Shown piece by piece: positions 26,822 to 36,483 of a stretch of 64,000 nucleotides of DNA (the stretch's first letter is position 1; each line of letters opens with the position of its first letter). This stretch comes from Planctomycetota bacterium (GTDB lineage: Bacteria > Planctomycetota > GCA-002687715): positions 35,473-99,472 of the forward strand of contig NYSS01000005.1 of assembly GCA_002683135.1 (NCBI GenBank), in the 5' to 3' direction. The notes beneath the pieces were generated by a model that saw nothing but the letters and a program-made list of their open reading frames with translations, ran no database searches and was not told where the DNA came from. Made by a program: the position numbers and the translations under genes.

Positions 26822-27829
26822 GTGATGCGGACGATCCTGGTGCTCGCGACCCTGGCGCTCTGCGCGCTGGCCCAGGGTCGCCTCCCCGTTCTCGGGGCGA
26901 CCATCCTCTATCCGGAGGGTCGTCGCGCAAGCGCGTTCCTCTATCACGACGCATACCGAGAGGCCCGCGCGCGGGTGCGTCGGGTCACGGGAGCTCTGCC
27001 GCCCCAGGGAGTCTCCATCGAGCTGGTCAAGGACTCGGCCGCCCTGACAGCCGCCTTGGGCAAGCGCGGCGCCGCGCCCGTGCCCCCCTGGGTCGCCGGA
27101 GTCGCGCTCCCGGGACACCAGCTCATCGTCATCCGGCTGGATCTACGCACACCCGCGCCGGCGCGGGTCGAGGGGCTGCTCGCCCACGAGCTGTGCCACA
27201 TCGTCGCCCACCACGTCGTTTCCATTCCTGGCGCGACCCCGATTCCACGCTGGCTCGACGAAGGCCTCGCCCAGCACGCCGAGGGCCGCGTGTTCAGCCC
27301 GGAGGCCGCCAACCTCGCCATGCGTGCTTTCTTCGGGCAACTCCTCAGCCTCTCCGAGCTCGAGCGCTCCTTCCCTCGAACCGAAGGTGCGTCCGCGCTG
27401 GCCTATGCCCAGTCCGAGTCGTTCGTGAACTGGCTCGCGAAGACCGGGCCGACAAGGCAGCGACTCCCCCGACTGCTCGCCGCGCTGAAACAAGGACACT
27501 CGGTCAAGCGCGCCGTTCGCGACATCTTCCTGCGCTCAATCGACGAGCTCGAAGCCAGCTGGCGATCGGACTTGCGCAGCGATCGCTCCTGGATGCCCGC
27601 GACCATCGGGCAGCTCCTTGTCGGAGCGTTGATCGCCGTCGTCGTCGTCATGGGTGCGTCACGCATCGTCCTTCGCCGACGCGCGCTCCGAGAGCAGTGG
27701 GCGCACGAAGAGGCTGGCGAGAGCGGCGACGACCCGGCGGCTCGCAATGCACCGCCTGGCCAGCATCCAACAGGTCGACGTCCGCCCATCCGACGGCTCC
27801 GCGGCGACGAGGACCCCCCTGGCGTCTAG
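26822..27829 (+). CDS. Secreted/membrane-anchored zinc metallopeptidase-like protein (HExxH)
   Basis: Signal peptide MRTILVLATLALCALAQG, HELCHIVAHH motif, and a C-terminal TM segment LLVGALIAVVVVMGA. Confidence 0.6.
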   Translation: MMRTILVLATLALCALAQGRLPVLGATILYPEGRRASAFLYHDAYREARARVRRVTGALPPQGVSIELVKDSAALTAALGKRGAAPVPPWVAGVALPGHQLIVIRLDLRTPAPARVEGLLAHELCHIVAHHVVSIPGATPIPRWLDEGLAQHAEGRVFSPEAANLAMRAFFGQLLSLSELERSFPRTEGASALAYAQSESFVNWLAKTGPTRQRLPRLLAALKQGHSVKRAVRDIFLRSIDELEASWRSDLRSDRSWMPATIGQLLVGALIAVVVVMGASRIVLRRRALREQWAHEEAGESGDDPAARNAPPGQHPTGRRPPIRRLRGDEDPPGV

Positions 27830-28786
27830 TCAGTCGCGCGCGATCTCGATGGCGAAGCCAGCCGGGTCCTTCACCACGAAGCGGCCCGCCTTTCTGTCCT
27901 CTTCGACGACAGCGTTCCCGATGCGACGAGCGCGGCGCAGACACAGGTCAAAGTCAGGCACGCGAAGCGTCGGCACGAGCCCCGGCCCGGGCGCCTCCGA
28001 CGAACCGTAGCCCCAGGCTTCTCTGGTGCGGCTGTCGAGAGCACCCGTGACGAGGAGCACCAGGCCGCCGAGGCAGATGGTGCCGCCGTTCTCCGGGTCG
28101 CGCGCCGCCGGCCGCCGCTTGAGAACGCGGGCCCAGAAATCAATGACCGCCCCGGGCTCGGAGCACGCGAGGCGCAGGGTTGTCACGTTGATGGGCTTGC
28201 CCCCGTCGCGTTCGACCCCCGCGCGAGCGACCGGTGCAGCCCCCGCGGCTGGGGCCGGCGCGGTCTGCGCCACCTTTGCTTGAGCGCGAGCCCGCGACTT
28301 GTTGGTCGACACCGCCCCGGCCTCCATGCCGCCGCCCAGCGTCCGGCGCGTCTCCTCGACCAAGGGCACGAGGTCAGGAGTACGGGCTCCGTTCAGGACG
28401 CAGGTCACCGTGTCCCCTGCGCCATCCTTGCCAGCGAGCAACGCCTCGTAGAGGTCGCGGAGACGATCGAGGGCATCTTGAGTCTCCTTGTTGAATCCGA
28501 GACGTCGGCGGTCTGGGTTGGGCCCAACGAATCGGTATTCCGCCGTCTTGTGGTGCGCCCGCAGCGAGAAGATGGAGACCATCTTGTCTCCGAGTGGCCC
28601 CTCGAACTGAAGGGCCATCCCATACTTGCCGCGCGTCGCCCGAAGACCCACGCGCGGATGCTGCAGCCAGTTGGCAACGCATTGGCGCACGAGCCGGGCA
28701 AACCGCGCGCGGTCGAGGGGGTCAAGGCCGGCCACTGAGACCGCCTCCTCTTCCTCGAGGAACCGTTCGGCGACTGTGTCGTCCAC
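27830..28786 (-). CDS. Protein with unknown N-terminal domain and C-terminal glyoxalase/VOC-fold domain
   Basis: The C-terminus (VIDFWARVL...GGLVLLV...VPDFDLCLRRARRIGNAVVEEDRKAGRFVVKDPAGFAIEIA) is typical of the VOC fold. Its stop abuts the convergent stop at 27829. Confidence 0.6.
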   Translation of the reverse strand: MDDTVAERFLEEEEAVSVAGLDPLDRARFARLVRQCVANWLQHPRVGLRATRGKYGMALQFEGPLGDKMVSIFSLRAHHKTAEYRFVGPNPDRRRLGFNKETQDALDRLRDLYEALLAGKDGAGDTVTCVLNGARTPDLVPLVEETRRTLGGGMEAGAVSTNKSRARAQAKVAQTAPAPAAGAAPVARAGVERDGGKPINVTTLRLACSEPGAVIDFWARVLKRRPAARDPENGGTICLGGLVLLVTGALDSRTREAWGYGSSEAPGPGLVPTLRVPDFDLCLRRARRIGNAVVEEDRKAGRFVVKDPAGFAIEIARD

Positions 28787-29040
28787 AGGATCCGCATCGT
28801 GACCCCCACCAGGAGCGCGGTCAAGATGCCGCTCGATCGTGGCAACCCCAAACGTCTTACCCTCTATCGGGTGGGATGTTGCATTCTGTGGTTACGGGGT
28901 CTACATTACTCGCGGCTTGCCCGGCCCAGTGGCTCGAAGGTCTAACGCAGAACCGACTTAGCGTTGGGACCGCCGCCCATCGTTGCGATTGCTCACGGTG
29001 CTCCCGTTCCAGGGAGGGGCACGCTGCGGGGAGGGACGCA

Positions 29041-32000
29041 TTGGGGCAAGGGAAGAGGTATCTCTTCACTGGGGGCGGTACCGGGGGACATGTCACCCCC
29101 AATCTCGCCATCATCTCTGAGATCAAGGGCACCTCGCGCGACGCCTCCTTCCTCTACGTCGGCAACGCCCATGGGTACGAAACCCGTGTGCAGGAGGAAG
29201 GGGTCCCGTTCCTGGCGATCCCATGCGCGCCGTTCTGCTCACCTCGTCGGCCCTGGCGCTTCGCGATCATGACCGCGCGCATTATGTGCGGGGTCCTCCG
29301 CGCGATGTGGATCATGGCACGCTTCAGGCCCCACGTCGTGATCGCAAGCGGCGGCTACGTATCCGTTCCTTGCGTTATCGGCGCGTGGATCATGCGCCGA
29401 CGCATCTACGTACACGAGCAAAACGTCCACCCAGGCCGCGCAAATCGCGCGCTCGCGCATCTCGCAACTCGGGTCGGCGTCGCCTTCAAGGAGACGCTCG
29501 AGTTCTTCCCGGCCGAGAAGACCGACCTCCGCGGTTACCCGGTGCGGCGCCAGATCGGCGAGGGGTCACCCGACCGCGCGCGCGAACGATTCAACATTCC
29601 GCAGGACCGCAGGGTCGCGTTCATCGTCGGGGGCAGCATGGGGTCGCGCGCCATCAACCGCGGCACCGTGGAGGCTCTGCACACGCTCCTACGCAAAGAC
29701 GACATCGCCGTCATCCACGCAACGGGCTTGTCCACGTCCGGTGAATATCGGGCCTACGACGATACGCGCGAGCGCCTCGAGCACGCCGGGCTAGGCACGA
29801 CGCTCCCGGGCCGCTACGTCTGCAAGCCGTTCTTCAACAACATCCAGGACGTCTATGCGATCGCGGACCTCGTCGTGGCCCGCGCCGGCGCGGGCACGAT
29901 CATGGAGCTCGCCACCGTAGGCAAGCCGAGCCTCCTGATCCCGAAGAGCGACGTCCCCGGTGATCATCAGTTGATGAACGCTGTGTCGCGGCAGCGCGCG
30001 GGCTCCGCACAGGTGCTGTTCGAAGAGCGTGGCGAGGAGGCCGGCCGCGCCATCACCCGTGTCCGTGGCGACGCGCTCGCCAACATGATCACCCAGCTCA
30101 TGGGTGATGAGGCCGATCTCGGACAGATGGGGCGGCGCGCGGCGCGCGGCGCCGTCGGGGACGCGCTCGGGCTGCACGTCGAGATCGTGTGCCGTCTCGC
30201 CGACGACGAATCGCTCATCCAGCGGGTCAAGGAGGTCGACCGCGTGGGACTGCTCATCGACGAAGCGGGGCAGACGCACGAGCTCCTCTTCCGCAACAAC
30301 ATCGTCGGCACGGGGCTGCTCCCCGACATCCGCGTGAAGGACCCGGAGGGCGGCCGCTCCGCACGCGCCGTCATCATCCGCACGCGCCACGGCGACGGCT
30401 TTGAATTTCATGTGCTGCGTCGCGCCGGCACCGTCGAGGTCGGAGCCAAGCCCGTCGACGGTCGTGTGAAACTGCACCCAGAGGACGTGATCACCATCGG
30501 TGGGCGGCGCTTCACCTTCATGCTCCGAGAGCGTGAGGTCGAGCGGCCCGCCGCGACCGCGGGCATGTCGATGCGTGTCGCGGTCACCGCCCTCGGAACC
30601 CTCGTCTCCCGCGGATTCGGGTTCGTGCGCGAGGCCGTCATGGGCGCGATCTTCGGCCTCGGCAACACGATGGACCTCATGTCCATCGCCCTGCAGGTCT
30701 CCAACTACTTCCGCGGGGTGTTCGCCGAACAGGCCGTCGACTCCGCGTTCCTCCCCACCTTCGTGCACCTGCAGCGAACAGGTCGCACCTCCGAGGCAAA
30801 CCGCCTGTTCTCTTCGGTGTTGGCCCTGACCCTGATCGGCAGCGGCGCCGTCACCGTCGCCGCCATCCTCACGCTGCCAGCCTGGCTCCCGCACATCGCC
30901 CCGGGCTTCGTTGAGCGCGGCATCATTGACGACGCCGTGCTGCTGACGCAGATCATGTTCCCGTACCTGGTGCTGATCTCGCTCGCGGCCGTGGTCGCCG
31001 CCGTGCTGAAGGCCTGCAACCGGTTCGCGGTGCCCGCGTTCTCTTCGATCATGTTCTCCGTCGGTGTCCTCATCGGGGTCGCCCTCTACCCAATAATGGG
31101 ATTACCCGCCCTCGGGGTCGGCGTCCTCCTCGGCGGGGCCGGCCAGCTGGCGGTGCTGCTGCCATCATTGTTTTCCAGTGACGTGCGGCGCGGGTTCGGC
31201 GTTCAGCTTCGGCCGCGCATCGACCTCAAGGCGCAGGGGGTACGCAAGGTCGGCCGCGTCACCCCGAACATCCTCGCGGACGTCTCCGTGCAGCGCGCGG
31301 GCACCATGGTCGACACCGTCCTCGCCACCTCCCTCGCCGCAGGCATGGTGTCGGCTCTGCATTTCGCGATGGTGGTCTTCATGCTCCCCTTTGGGCTGAT
31401 CTCCGTCTCGATCAACAGCGTGGTCTTAAAGGAGCTCAGCGAAGGCCAGGCGCTCCGTGACCGAGACGACACCCGCCGGCTCCTCGCCGGAGGCATCAAC
31501 TGGACGGTGTTCGCCCTGCTCCCGATCACCGTGGTCCTTCTCGCCCTCGCAGACCCGATCGTCAGCCTGCTCTTCCAGTGGATGAGCTTCGACTCGGTCG
31601 CCGCCTCCAATGTCGCGATCGCGCTGCGGTGCTACGCCATCGGCCTCGCGGCCTGGGGCCTCACGGGGCTGTGCGGACGGTTCTTCGCCGCCCGCATGGA
31701 GCAGAGCAAGAACACCATCACCAGCCTCGTCGCGCTGGCCGTCAACGTCGCCGTCTCCATCGCACTCGTCAAGCAGGGCATGGGCGTCGCCGGGCTCGCC
31801 CTCGGGACAACCGCGGCCTTCGTCCTGTGCGCCGCGATGCGCCTCTGGATGCTGAACGCCAGCCTGCGATCCGAAGGCGTCGCCCTGAAGGCCTCCGACG
31901 TCATGCCCAGCATCGTCAGGACCGGGCTGGCGACCGCTGCCGCGTTACTGGTCATGCTGGTCGTTCACATGGCCGTTCGCGACTTCGACGCCTTGCCGCT

Positions 32001-32934
32001 GGCGTTGAATCGGTTCTTCGTCTTGTCCGTGCCCCTCTGCTTCGGCTTCTCCGCCTACTGCGCGGCGAGCCTCTTGTTGCGGTCGGAGCAGATCGACGAA
32101 GTGCTGATTAAGCTCGGCCGCTATGGCCGCAGCGACGCCGAGGCCCCGCACGAGCCGCGCCCGGTGAACCCCTACTGCATGGACCCGCCCCAGCGCCTCC
32201 TCTCCTGGGTCAAGGCCAACCCGAAGCTGGCATCCGAATACAACTTCACGCGACGCGCCACGACGTTCCTCAACCACAAGGACTGGAGGGTCGGCAACGT
32301 CGGCATCAAGCTCGTGGGCGAGCTGCGCATTCCGTCCTTCCGTTACGACCTCGCCGAGATCGCGACCTGCCGCGAGCCCGCCACCTTCATGCAGCGCCTG
32401 TTCGGCGGGGACTTCGTCAAGCCTGGCTTCCTTCGGCGCAACGCGATCGTCGCGCTGGCCCGCCTGGGTGAGCCGGACGAGCGCGTCTCGGGCTGCCTGC
32501 TGATGGCGCTCGATGACCCCTATTTCGAGGTCCGCTCCGAAGCCGCGCGCGTGCTCGGGCAGTTCGCGGAATCGCTCGGAAGCGAGCAGAGACAAGACGC
32601 CGCTGCGGGGCTCAAGAGGCTCGTCAAGGACAAGAACTTCGAGGTCGCCGCCGAAGCCGTCACCGCGCTCGGCCATCTCGTCGTTGACGACTCCGTCGTC
32701 GAGGTCTTGAAGAGCCTGCACTATCACCGCAACTGGCAGGTTCGCGATCGCGTGGTTCAGGCATACCGCCGGCTGTTCGTGCGACGCGTCCTCACGGACA
32801 GGCACCGGATTCTGGCGCTCCTCGACGACGTGCTCGCCACGTCGGAGGGCTTCGTCCCGCGGTTCCTCCTCAAGGAGCACATGACCGAGCTACAGGCCCG
32901 CCTCCTGCGGGACGACCAGGAGCCAGGCCGATGA
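29041..32934 (+). CDS. murG-murJ: Fusion protein: MurG (lipid II synthase) - FHA domain - MurJ/MviN (lipid II flippase) - HEAT repeats
   Basis: MurG: GKRYLFTGGGTGGHVTPNLAI, ASGGYVSVP, IVGGSMGSRAIN, ARAGAGTIMELA..GDHQ. FHA (~30235-30525): ARAVIIRTRHGDGFEFHVL..ITIGGRRFTF. MurJ (~30560-32100): LGTLVSRGFGFVREAVMGAIFG and about 14 hydrophobic segments. HEAT (~32270-32800): DDPYFEVRSEAARVLG, KDKNFEVAAEAVTALG. The start is uncertain: the TTG at 29041 has a GGAGG 6 nt upstream, while the ATG at 28876 adds a C/R-rich, non-protein-like leader. Confidence 0.8.
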   Translation: MGQGKRYLFTGGGTGGHVTPNLAIISEIKGTSRDASFLYVGNAHGYETRVQEEGVPFLAIPCAPFCSPRRPWRFAIMTARIMCGVLRAMWIMARFRPHVVIASGGYVSVPCVIGAWIMRRRIYVHEQNVHPGRANRALAHLATRVGVAFKETLEFFPAEKTDLRGYPVRRQIGEGSPDRARERFNIPQDRRVAFIVGGSMGSRAINRGTVEALHTLLRKDDIAVIHATGLSTSGEYRAYDDTRERLEHAGLGTTLPGRYVCKPFFNNIQDVYAIADLVVARAGAGTIMELATVGKPSLLIPKSDVPGDHQLMNAVSRQRAGSAQVLFEERGEEAGRAITRVRGDALANMITQLMGDEADLGQMGRRAARGAVGDALGLHVEIVCRLADDESLIQRVKEVDRVGLLIDEAGQTHELLFRNNIVGTGLLPDIRVKDPEGGRSARAVIIRTRHGDGFEFHVLRRAGTVEVGAKPVDGRVKLHPEDVITIGGRRFTFMLREREVERPAATAGMSMRVAVTALGTLVSRGFGFVREAVMGAIFGLGNTMDLMSIALQVSNYFRGVFAEQAVDSAFLPTFVHLQRTGRTSEANRLFSSVLALTLIGSGAVTVAAILTLPAWLPHIAPGFVERGIIDDAVLLTQIMFPYLVLISLAAVVAAVLKACNRFAVPAFSSIMFSVGVLIGVALYPIMGLPALGVGVLLGGAGQLAVLLPSLFSSDVRRGFGVQLRPRIDLKAQGVRKVGRVTPNILADVSVQRAGTMVDTVLATSLAAGMVSALHFAMVVFMLPFGLISVSINSVVLKELSEGQALRDRDDTRRLLAGGINWTVFALLPITVVLLALADPIVSLLFQWMSFDSVAASNVAIALRCYAIGLAAWGLTGLCGRFFAARMEQSKNTITSLVALAVNVAVSIALVKQGMGVAGLALGTTAAFVLCAAMRLWMLNASLRSEGVALKASDVMPSIVRTGLATAAALLVMLVVHMAVRDFDALPLALNRFFVLSVPLCFGFSAYCAASLLLRSEQIDEVLIKLGRYGRSDAEAPHEPRPVNPYCMDPPQRLLSWVKANPKLASEYNFTRRATTFLNHKDWRVGNVGIKLVGELRIPSFRYDLAEIATCREPATFMQRLFGGDFVKPGFLRRNAIVALARLGEPDERVSGCLLMALDDPYFEVRSEAARVLGQFAESLGSEQRQDAAAGLKRLVKDKNFEVAAEAVTALGHLVVDDSVVEVLKSLHYHRNWQVRDRVVQAYRRLFVRRVLTDRHRILALLDDVLATSEGFVPRFLLKEHMTELQARLLRDDQEPGR

Positions 32935-34085
32935 TCGACATGCTCTACCTGGCCTTCAAGAGCTCCTGGGGGCTCGACGAGACGCCGCTCCGCCTCGTCC
33001 ACTACACGACCACGCGTATGGTCCTGGCCTTCCTGACGGCTTTCGCGATCACCTATGCCATCAGCCCCCGCGTGATCAAGGCGCTCTACAAGCGCAGCAT
33101 GCGCGACCAGGTTCGGGACTACGGCAAGGAGTTCAGCCAGACCAAGTCCGGCACGCCCACGATGGGCGGCTTGATCATCATCGCGGGGATCCTCACGGCC
33201 GCCGCGCTGTGGTGCAATCCACGAAAGACCGGCTCGGCGGCCGGGATGTCGGACCTCGCGAGCGCGATCCCCCTGTTATTCATGACCCTGCTCTTCTTCG
33301 GCGGGGTGGGCGCCGTCGACGACTACCTGAAGGTCAAGCGCGGCGGCGCCGACTCCGGCCTCTCGCGCCGGATGAAGCTGTTGCTCCAGGGCGGGTTCGC
33401 CAGCCTGTTCGCCGTCCTGGTGCTAAGCGAGGGGTCGTCACCCTTCCCGGACGGCGTCCGCGACCAACTCTACCTACCCGGGTTGCCCCCCAAGATTATC
33501 CCGCCGCCCGAGCTCGGCGCCCTGTACTTCGGCTTGATCGTGATCGCCTTCCTGTGCATCTCCAACGCGATTAACTTCGCGGACGGCCTCGACGGGCTCG
33601 CCATCGTCCCGTCGGGGATGACCGCCCTGGTCTGCGGGGTCTTCGCCTACTTCTTCAGCCACGCGACACTGGCCTCCGCAACGCAGCTCGCCCACCTGGA
33701 GGGGATGACCGAGGTCGCGGTTTTCGCGGCCGCGTTCCTCGGCGCGGCCGTCGGCTTCCTGTGGTTCAACTCCTACCCAGCGCAGGTGTTCATGGGCGAC
33801 ACCGGCTCGATGGCGATCGGGGGCACGCTCGCGGCGCTTTGCGTCGTAACCAAGACGGAGCTGCTGTTCTTGATCGCGGGTGGGATCTTCGTCTACGAAT
33901 TCCTGTCGGTGTTCATCCAAGACGTGATCGGCATTCGGCGCATCGGCAAGCGCCTGCTCCTTCGCGCACCCGCGCACCATGCGTTCCAGTACCAGGGCGT
34001 CGCCGAAACGAAGGTGGTCCTCCGGTTCTGGATCGTATCGTTCCTGCTGGCCGTGCTGAGCCTCGCGACCCTGAAGCTGCGGTAG
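32931..34085 (+). CDS. mraY: Phospho-N-acetylmuramoyl-pentapeptide transferase
   Basis: TKSGTPTMGGLIII, NAINFADGLDGLA, FMGDTGSMAIGG. The ATG overlaps the upstream stop (ATGA). Confidence 0.9.
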   Translation: MIDMLYLAFKSSWGLDETPLRLVHYTTTRMVLAFLTAFAITYAISPRVIKALYKRSMRDQVRDYGKEFSQTKSGTPTMGGLIIIAGILTAAALWCNPRKTGSAAGMSDLASAIPLLFMTLLFFGGVGAVDDYLKVKRGGADSGLSRRMKLLLQGGFASLFAVLVLSEGSSPFPDGVRDQLYLPGLPPKIIPPPELGALYFGLIVIAFLCISNAINFADGLDGLAIVPSGMTALVCGVFAYFFSHATLASATQLAHLEGMTEVAVFAAAFLGAAVGFLWFNSYPAQVFMGDTGSMAIGGTLAALCVVTKTELLFLIAGGIFVYEFLSVFIQDVIGIRRIGKRLLLRAPAHHAFQYQGVAETKVVLRFWIVSFLLAVLSLATLKLR

Positions 34086-34116
34086 GGCGGCGCCGGCCCC
34101 ATGCCCCGCTGGGTCT

Positions 34117-34437
34117 CTATCCCTTGGCCTCCTCCCGCGCGAACCACTCCTGGATCTCGTCGGATAGGGCATCAGAAGCGCTCTCCCGCTCCCGTGCTCT
34201 CCTGACCCGGGCCGCCCGTCGCCTCACGCATGCGAACGCGCCGCGCCACATGCGGGCGGGAGTCCTGGCGAACGCTCGCGCCGTCCTCAGCCCAAAGAAC
34301 GCGTCGACGATGAACAGGCCGCCAAAGAGCACCCCCGCAATCGCGAGCAAGGGGACCGCCCCGGAGGGCTCGCGAGTAAACGCGCCCTGCCCCACCGAGA
34401 CGGTGGGCAGGAGAAGAACAACAACGAGATGGCGCAT
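34117..34437 (-). CDS. Small membrane protein, hypothetical
   Basis: 106-aa ORF with an N-terminal signal-like segment, a second TM (LLAIAGVLFGGLFIV) and a basic tail. No clear Shine-Dalgarno sequence. Lies 38 nt downstream of truD. Confidence 0.35.
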   Translation of the reverse strand: MRHLVVVLLLPTVSVGQGAFTREPSGAVPLLAIAGVLFGGLFIVDAFFGLRTARAFARTPARMWRGAFACVRRRAARVRRARERESASDALSDEIQEWFAREEAKG

Positions 34438-34475
34438 GGGTCGAGGGGATAGAGGATACCACCGGCCAACCCGAA

Positions 34476-35696
34476 TCAGCCGTCGCGGATCCCGAGCAGG
34501 GCAAACACCGAGGTCGCGAAGCTGCCCGCGGGGAGCGAAAACGAAAAGACGAGCGTCTCGGCGTCCTCGCCGCGTACATGGGGATCGACGATTCGAACAC
34601 GGAGCGGCCGACGCGCTCCGCGAAACGTACCCCGAGGCAAGGTCTCGGCGGTCGTCGGCACCCCCAGCCGCTCAAGAACGGGCCGCTCGAGCGCGGCCGC
34701 ATCGTCCGTCGGGGACGGCGCCTCGCGGCCGGGCAACGGGCCGGTGGCGGAGATCTCGAGGCGCTGCGCACGAGGGAGCTCCGCCGCCAGATCCGTCACC
34801 GAAAAGGGCCGGCCGCGCGGCAGCCGCAACGCCAGGTCGCCGAGGACCAGGGGGCGTGCGTCCTCCAATCGAGCAACGAGCACCTCGTTGAAGCACGCCG
34901 ATTGCCAGGCAGAAATGAGAAAATCCCGCGGCCGCCGTGGCAGCGTGCGCAGCGCCCGCTCGCGGTCGTCGCGACCACGTAGGACCTGGGCGAGATGACG
35001 CTCGATTTCGAAATCGCGAGGGAATGCGCGCACCGCCTGCGCCCACTGTTCATTCGCGAGCGCCTCGCGACCCTCCGACACGCGCGCGTTCTCTCCCTCG
35101 ACCGGCTCGGAGAGCACCCGCAAGAGCGCGTCGGGGTCGCCACGAATAATCGCGTCACCGGCCAGGTGGTTCCGCCCGAAGGTCCCGAAGCGTTGCGGAC
35201 CGAAGCCGTTGGGCACCCCAGATCGGACGATCTTGTCAATCCAGGGCGCCACCTCCTCAGCGGGGCGCGTCGCGCCGCGCACCCGGACCTCAAACCGGTT
35301 CCCCCACAGGTGACCAGTCTTCAGCTTGTTCCTGTGTCGCCGTGCTTCGAGGATGCGCCACCCGTCGCCTTCAAGTCCCTCCAGGTCGTCCCGCGCACGC
35401 ACGGTGAGCCACTGGCGCGCGACGGCGCGGCGATCCTTGTACCCAGCCCAGCCGATCTCTCGAGGTCGGGCGTCGAGCGCCGCCGCCAGGTGGCGGACCA
35501 AGGCCGGTGTCGTGATCTCTCGCTTCTCCACGAGGATCATGGACCACTCGCCTTCCCCGGACGCCGGGTACAGCGGGATTTCCTCGACGACAAAGTCCTC
35601 TGGCCGCTCGCGCAAGCGGCCACCGACCGGGAGGACAAGGTCCGGAGGGACCGGGGGATTCGCTGGGTCAAAACTCACGAACGGGCATCCTGACAT
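34476..35696 (-). CDS. truD: tRNA pseudouridine(13) synthase
   Basis: PEDFVVEEIP, GYKDRRAVARQWLTV, HRNKLKTGHLWGNRFEVRVRG, VPNGFGPQRFG. Confidence 0.85.
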   Translation of the reverse strand: MSGCPFVSFDPANPPVPPDLVLPVGGRLRERPEDFVVEEIPLYPASGEGEWSMILVEKREITTPALVRHLAAALDARPREIGWAGYKDRRAVARQWLTVRARDDLEGLEGDGWRILEARRHRNKLKTGHLWGNRFEVRVRGATRPAEEVAPWIDKIVRSGVPNGFGPQRFGTFGRNHLAGDAIIRGDPDALLRVLSEPVEGENARVSEGREALANEQWAQAVRAFPRDFEIERHLAQVLRGRDDRERALRTLPRRPRDFLISAWQSACFNEVLVARLEDARPLVLGDLALRLPRGRPFSVTDLAAELPRAQRLEISATGPLPGREAPSPTDDAAALERPVLERLGVPTTAETLPRGTFRGARRPLRVRIVDPHVRGEDAETLVFSFSLPAGSFATSVFALLGIRDG

Positions 35697-35753
35697 CCCC
35701 GCGCCCCGGCTTCACCCCTGGCCCTGGATGTTCCTCCCGGCGACAATGGTGGC

Positions 35754-36482
35754 GTGCGTGTCTTGATCCTGGGAGAAGACCTCGGTTCGTTCCGTGACGT
35801 CGTGTCGGACGCGGGCCTGAGTATCGTGGAAGACCAGCCGGACGTCGTCATCTCCTACGGGGGTGACGGCCGGTTCATCGGGGCTGAGCGGGTCCATCCC
35901 GGCATCCCCAAGGTCGGCGTCCGCCACGAGGCGACCACGAACAAGTGCCCTGCGCATCAAGACGACGTGTTCATGGCGAGGCTGCGGGAGGGGCGCCTGG
36001 AAGAGACGCTGCTCATGAAGCTCGAGGCGACATTCAACGGGGGCCGGGCCGACGCCGTGAACGACATCATCGTCCGCAATGGCGACGTACGGGCAGCCGT
36101 GCGATTCCGGTTGTTCCTGAACGATCTCCCCGTGACCGAAGAGCTCATCGCGGATGGCGTGATCGTGTGCACGCCGTTCGGTTCTTCCGCGTACTTTCGT
36201 TCGGTCACACGCACCGTCATTCGCACCGGGATCGGCGTAGCCATTAACAACTGCACCGACCTGTTGAATCACCTCGTGATCGGGGAAGACGAGGAGATCC
36301 GCGTGCGACTCACCCGCGGCCCGGCAACCCTGGCGACGGACAATGACCCAGACACCCACCAGCTGAGCGACGGCGCGGACATCGTGGTCAAGAAATCCGC
36401 CCACTCATTCCGGGTTCTTGGCGTCGACTCCTTGCGTTGCTCGGAATGCCGATACGTCCACGCGCCTCGGCGCCGGTACTGA
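35754..36482 (+). CDS. nadK: NAD(+) kinase (short form)
   Basis: DVVISYGGDGRF (GGDG motif), NDIIV, ADGVIVCTPFGSSAY. GTG start. Confidence 0.75.
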   Translation: MRVLILGEDLGSFRDVVSDAGLSIVEDQPDVVISYGGDGRFIGAERVHPGIPKVGVRHEATTNKCPAHQDDVFMARLREGRLEETLLMKLEATFNGGRADAVNDIIVRNGDVRAAVRFRLFLNDLPVTEELIADGVIVCTPFGSSAYFRSVTRTVIRTGIGVAINNCTDLLNHLVIGEDEEIRVRLTRGPATLATDNDPDTHQLSDGADIVVKKSAHSFRVLGVDSLRCSECRYVHAPRRRY

Positions 36483-36483
36483 C

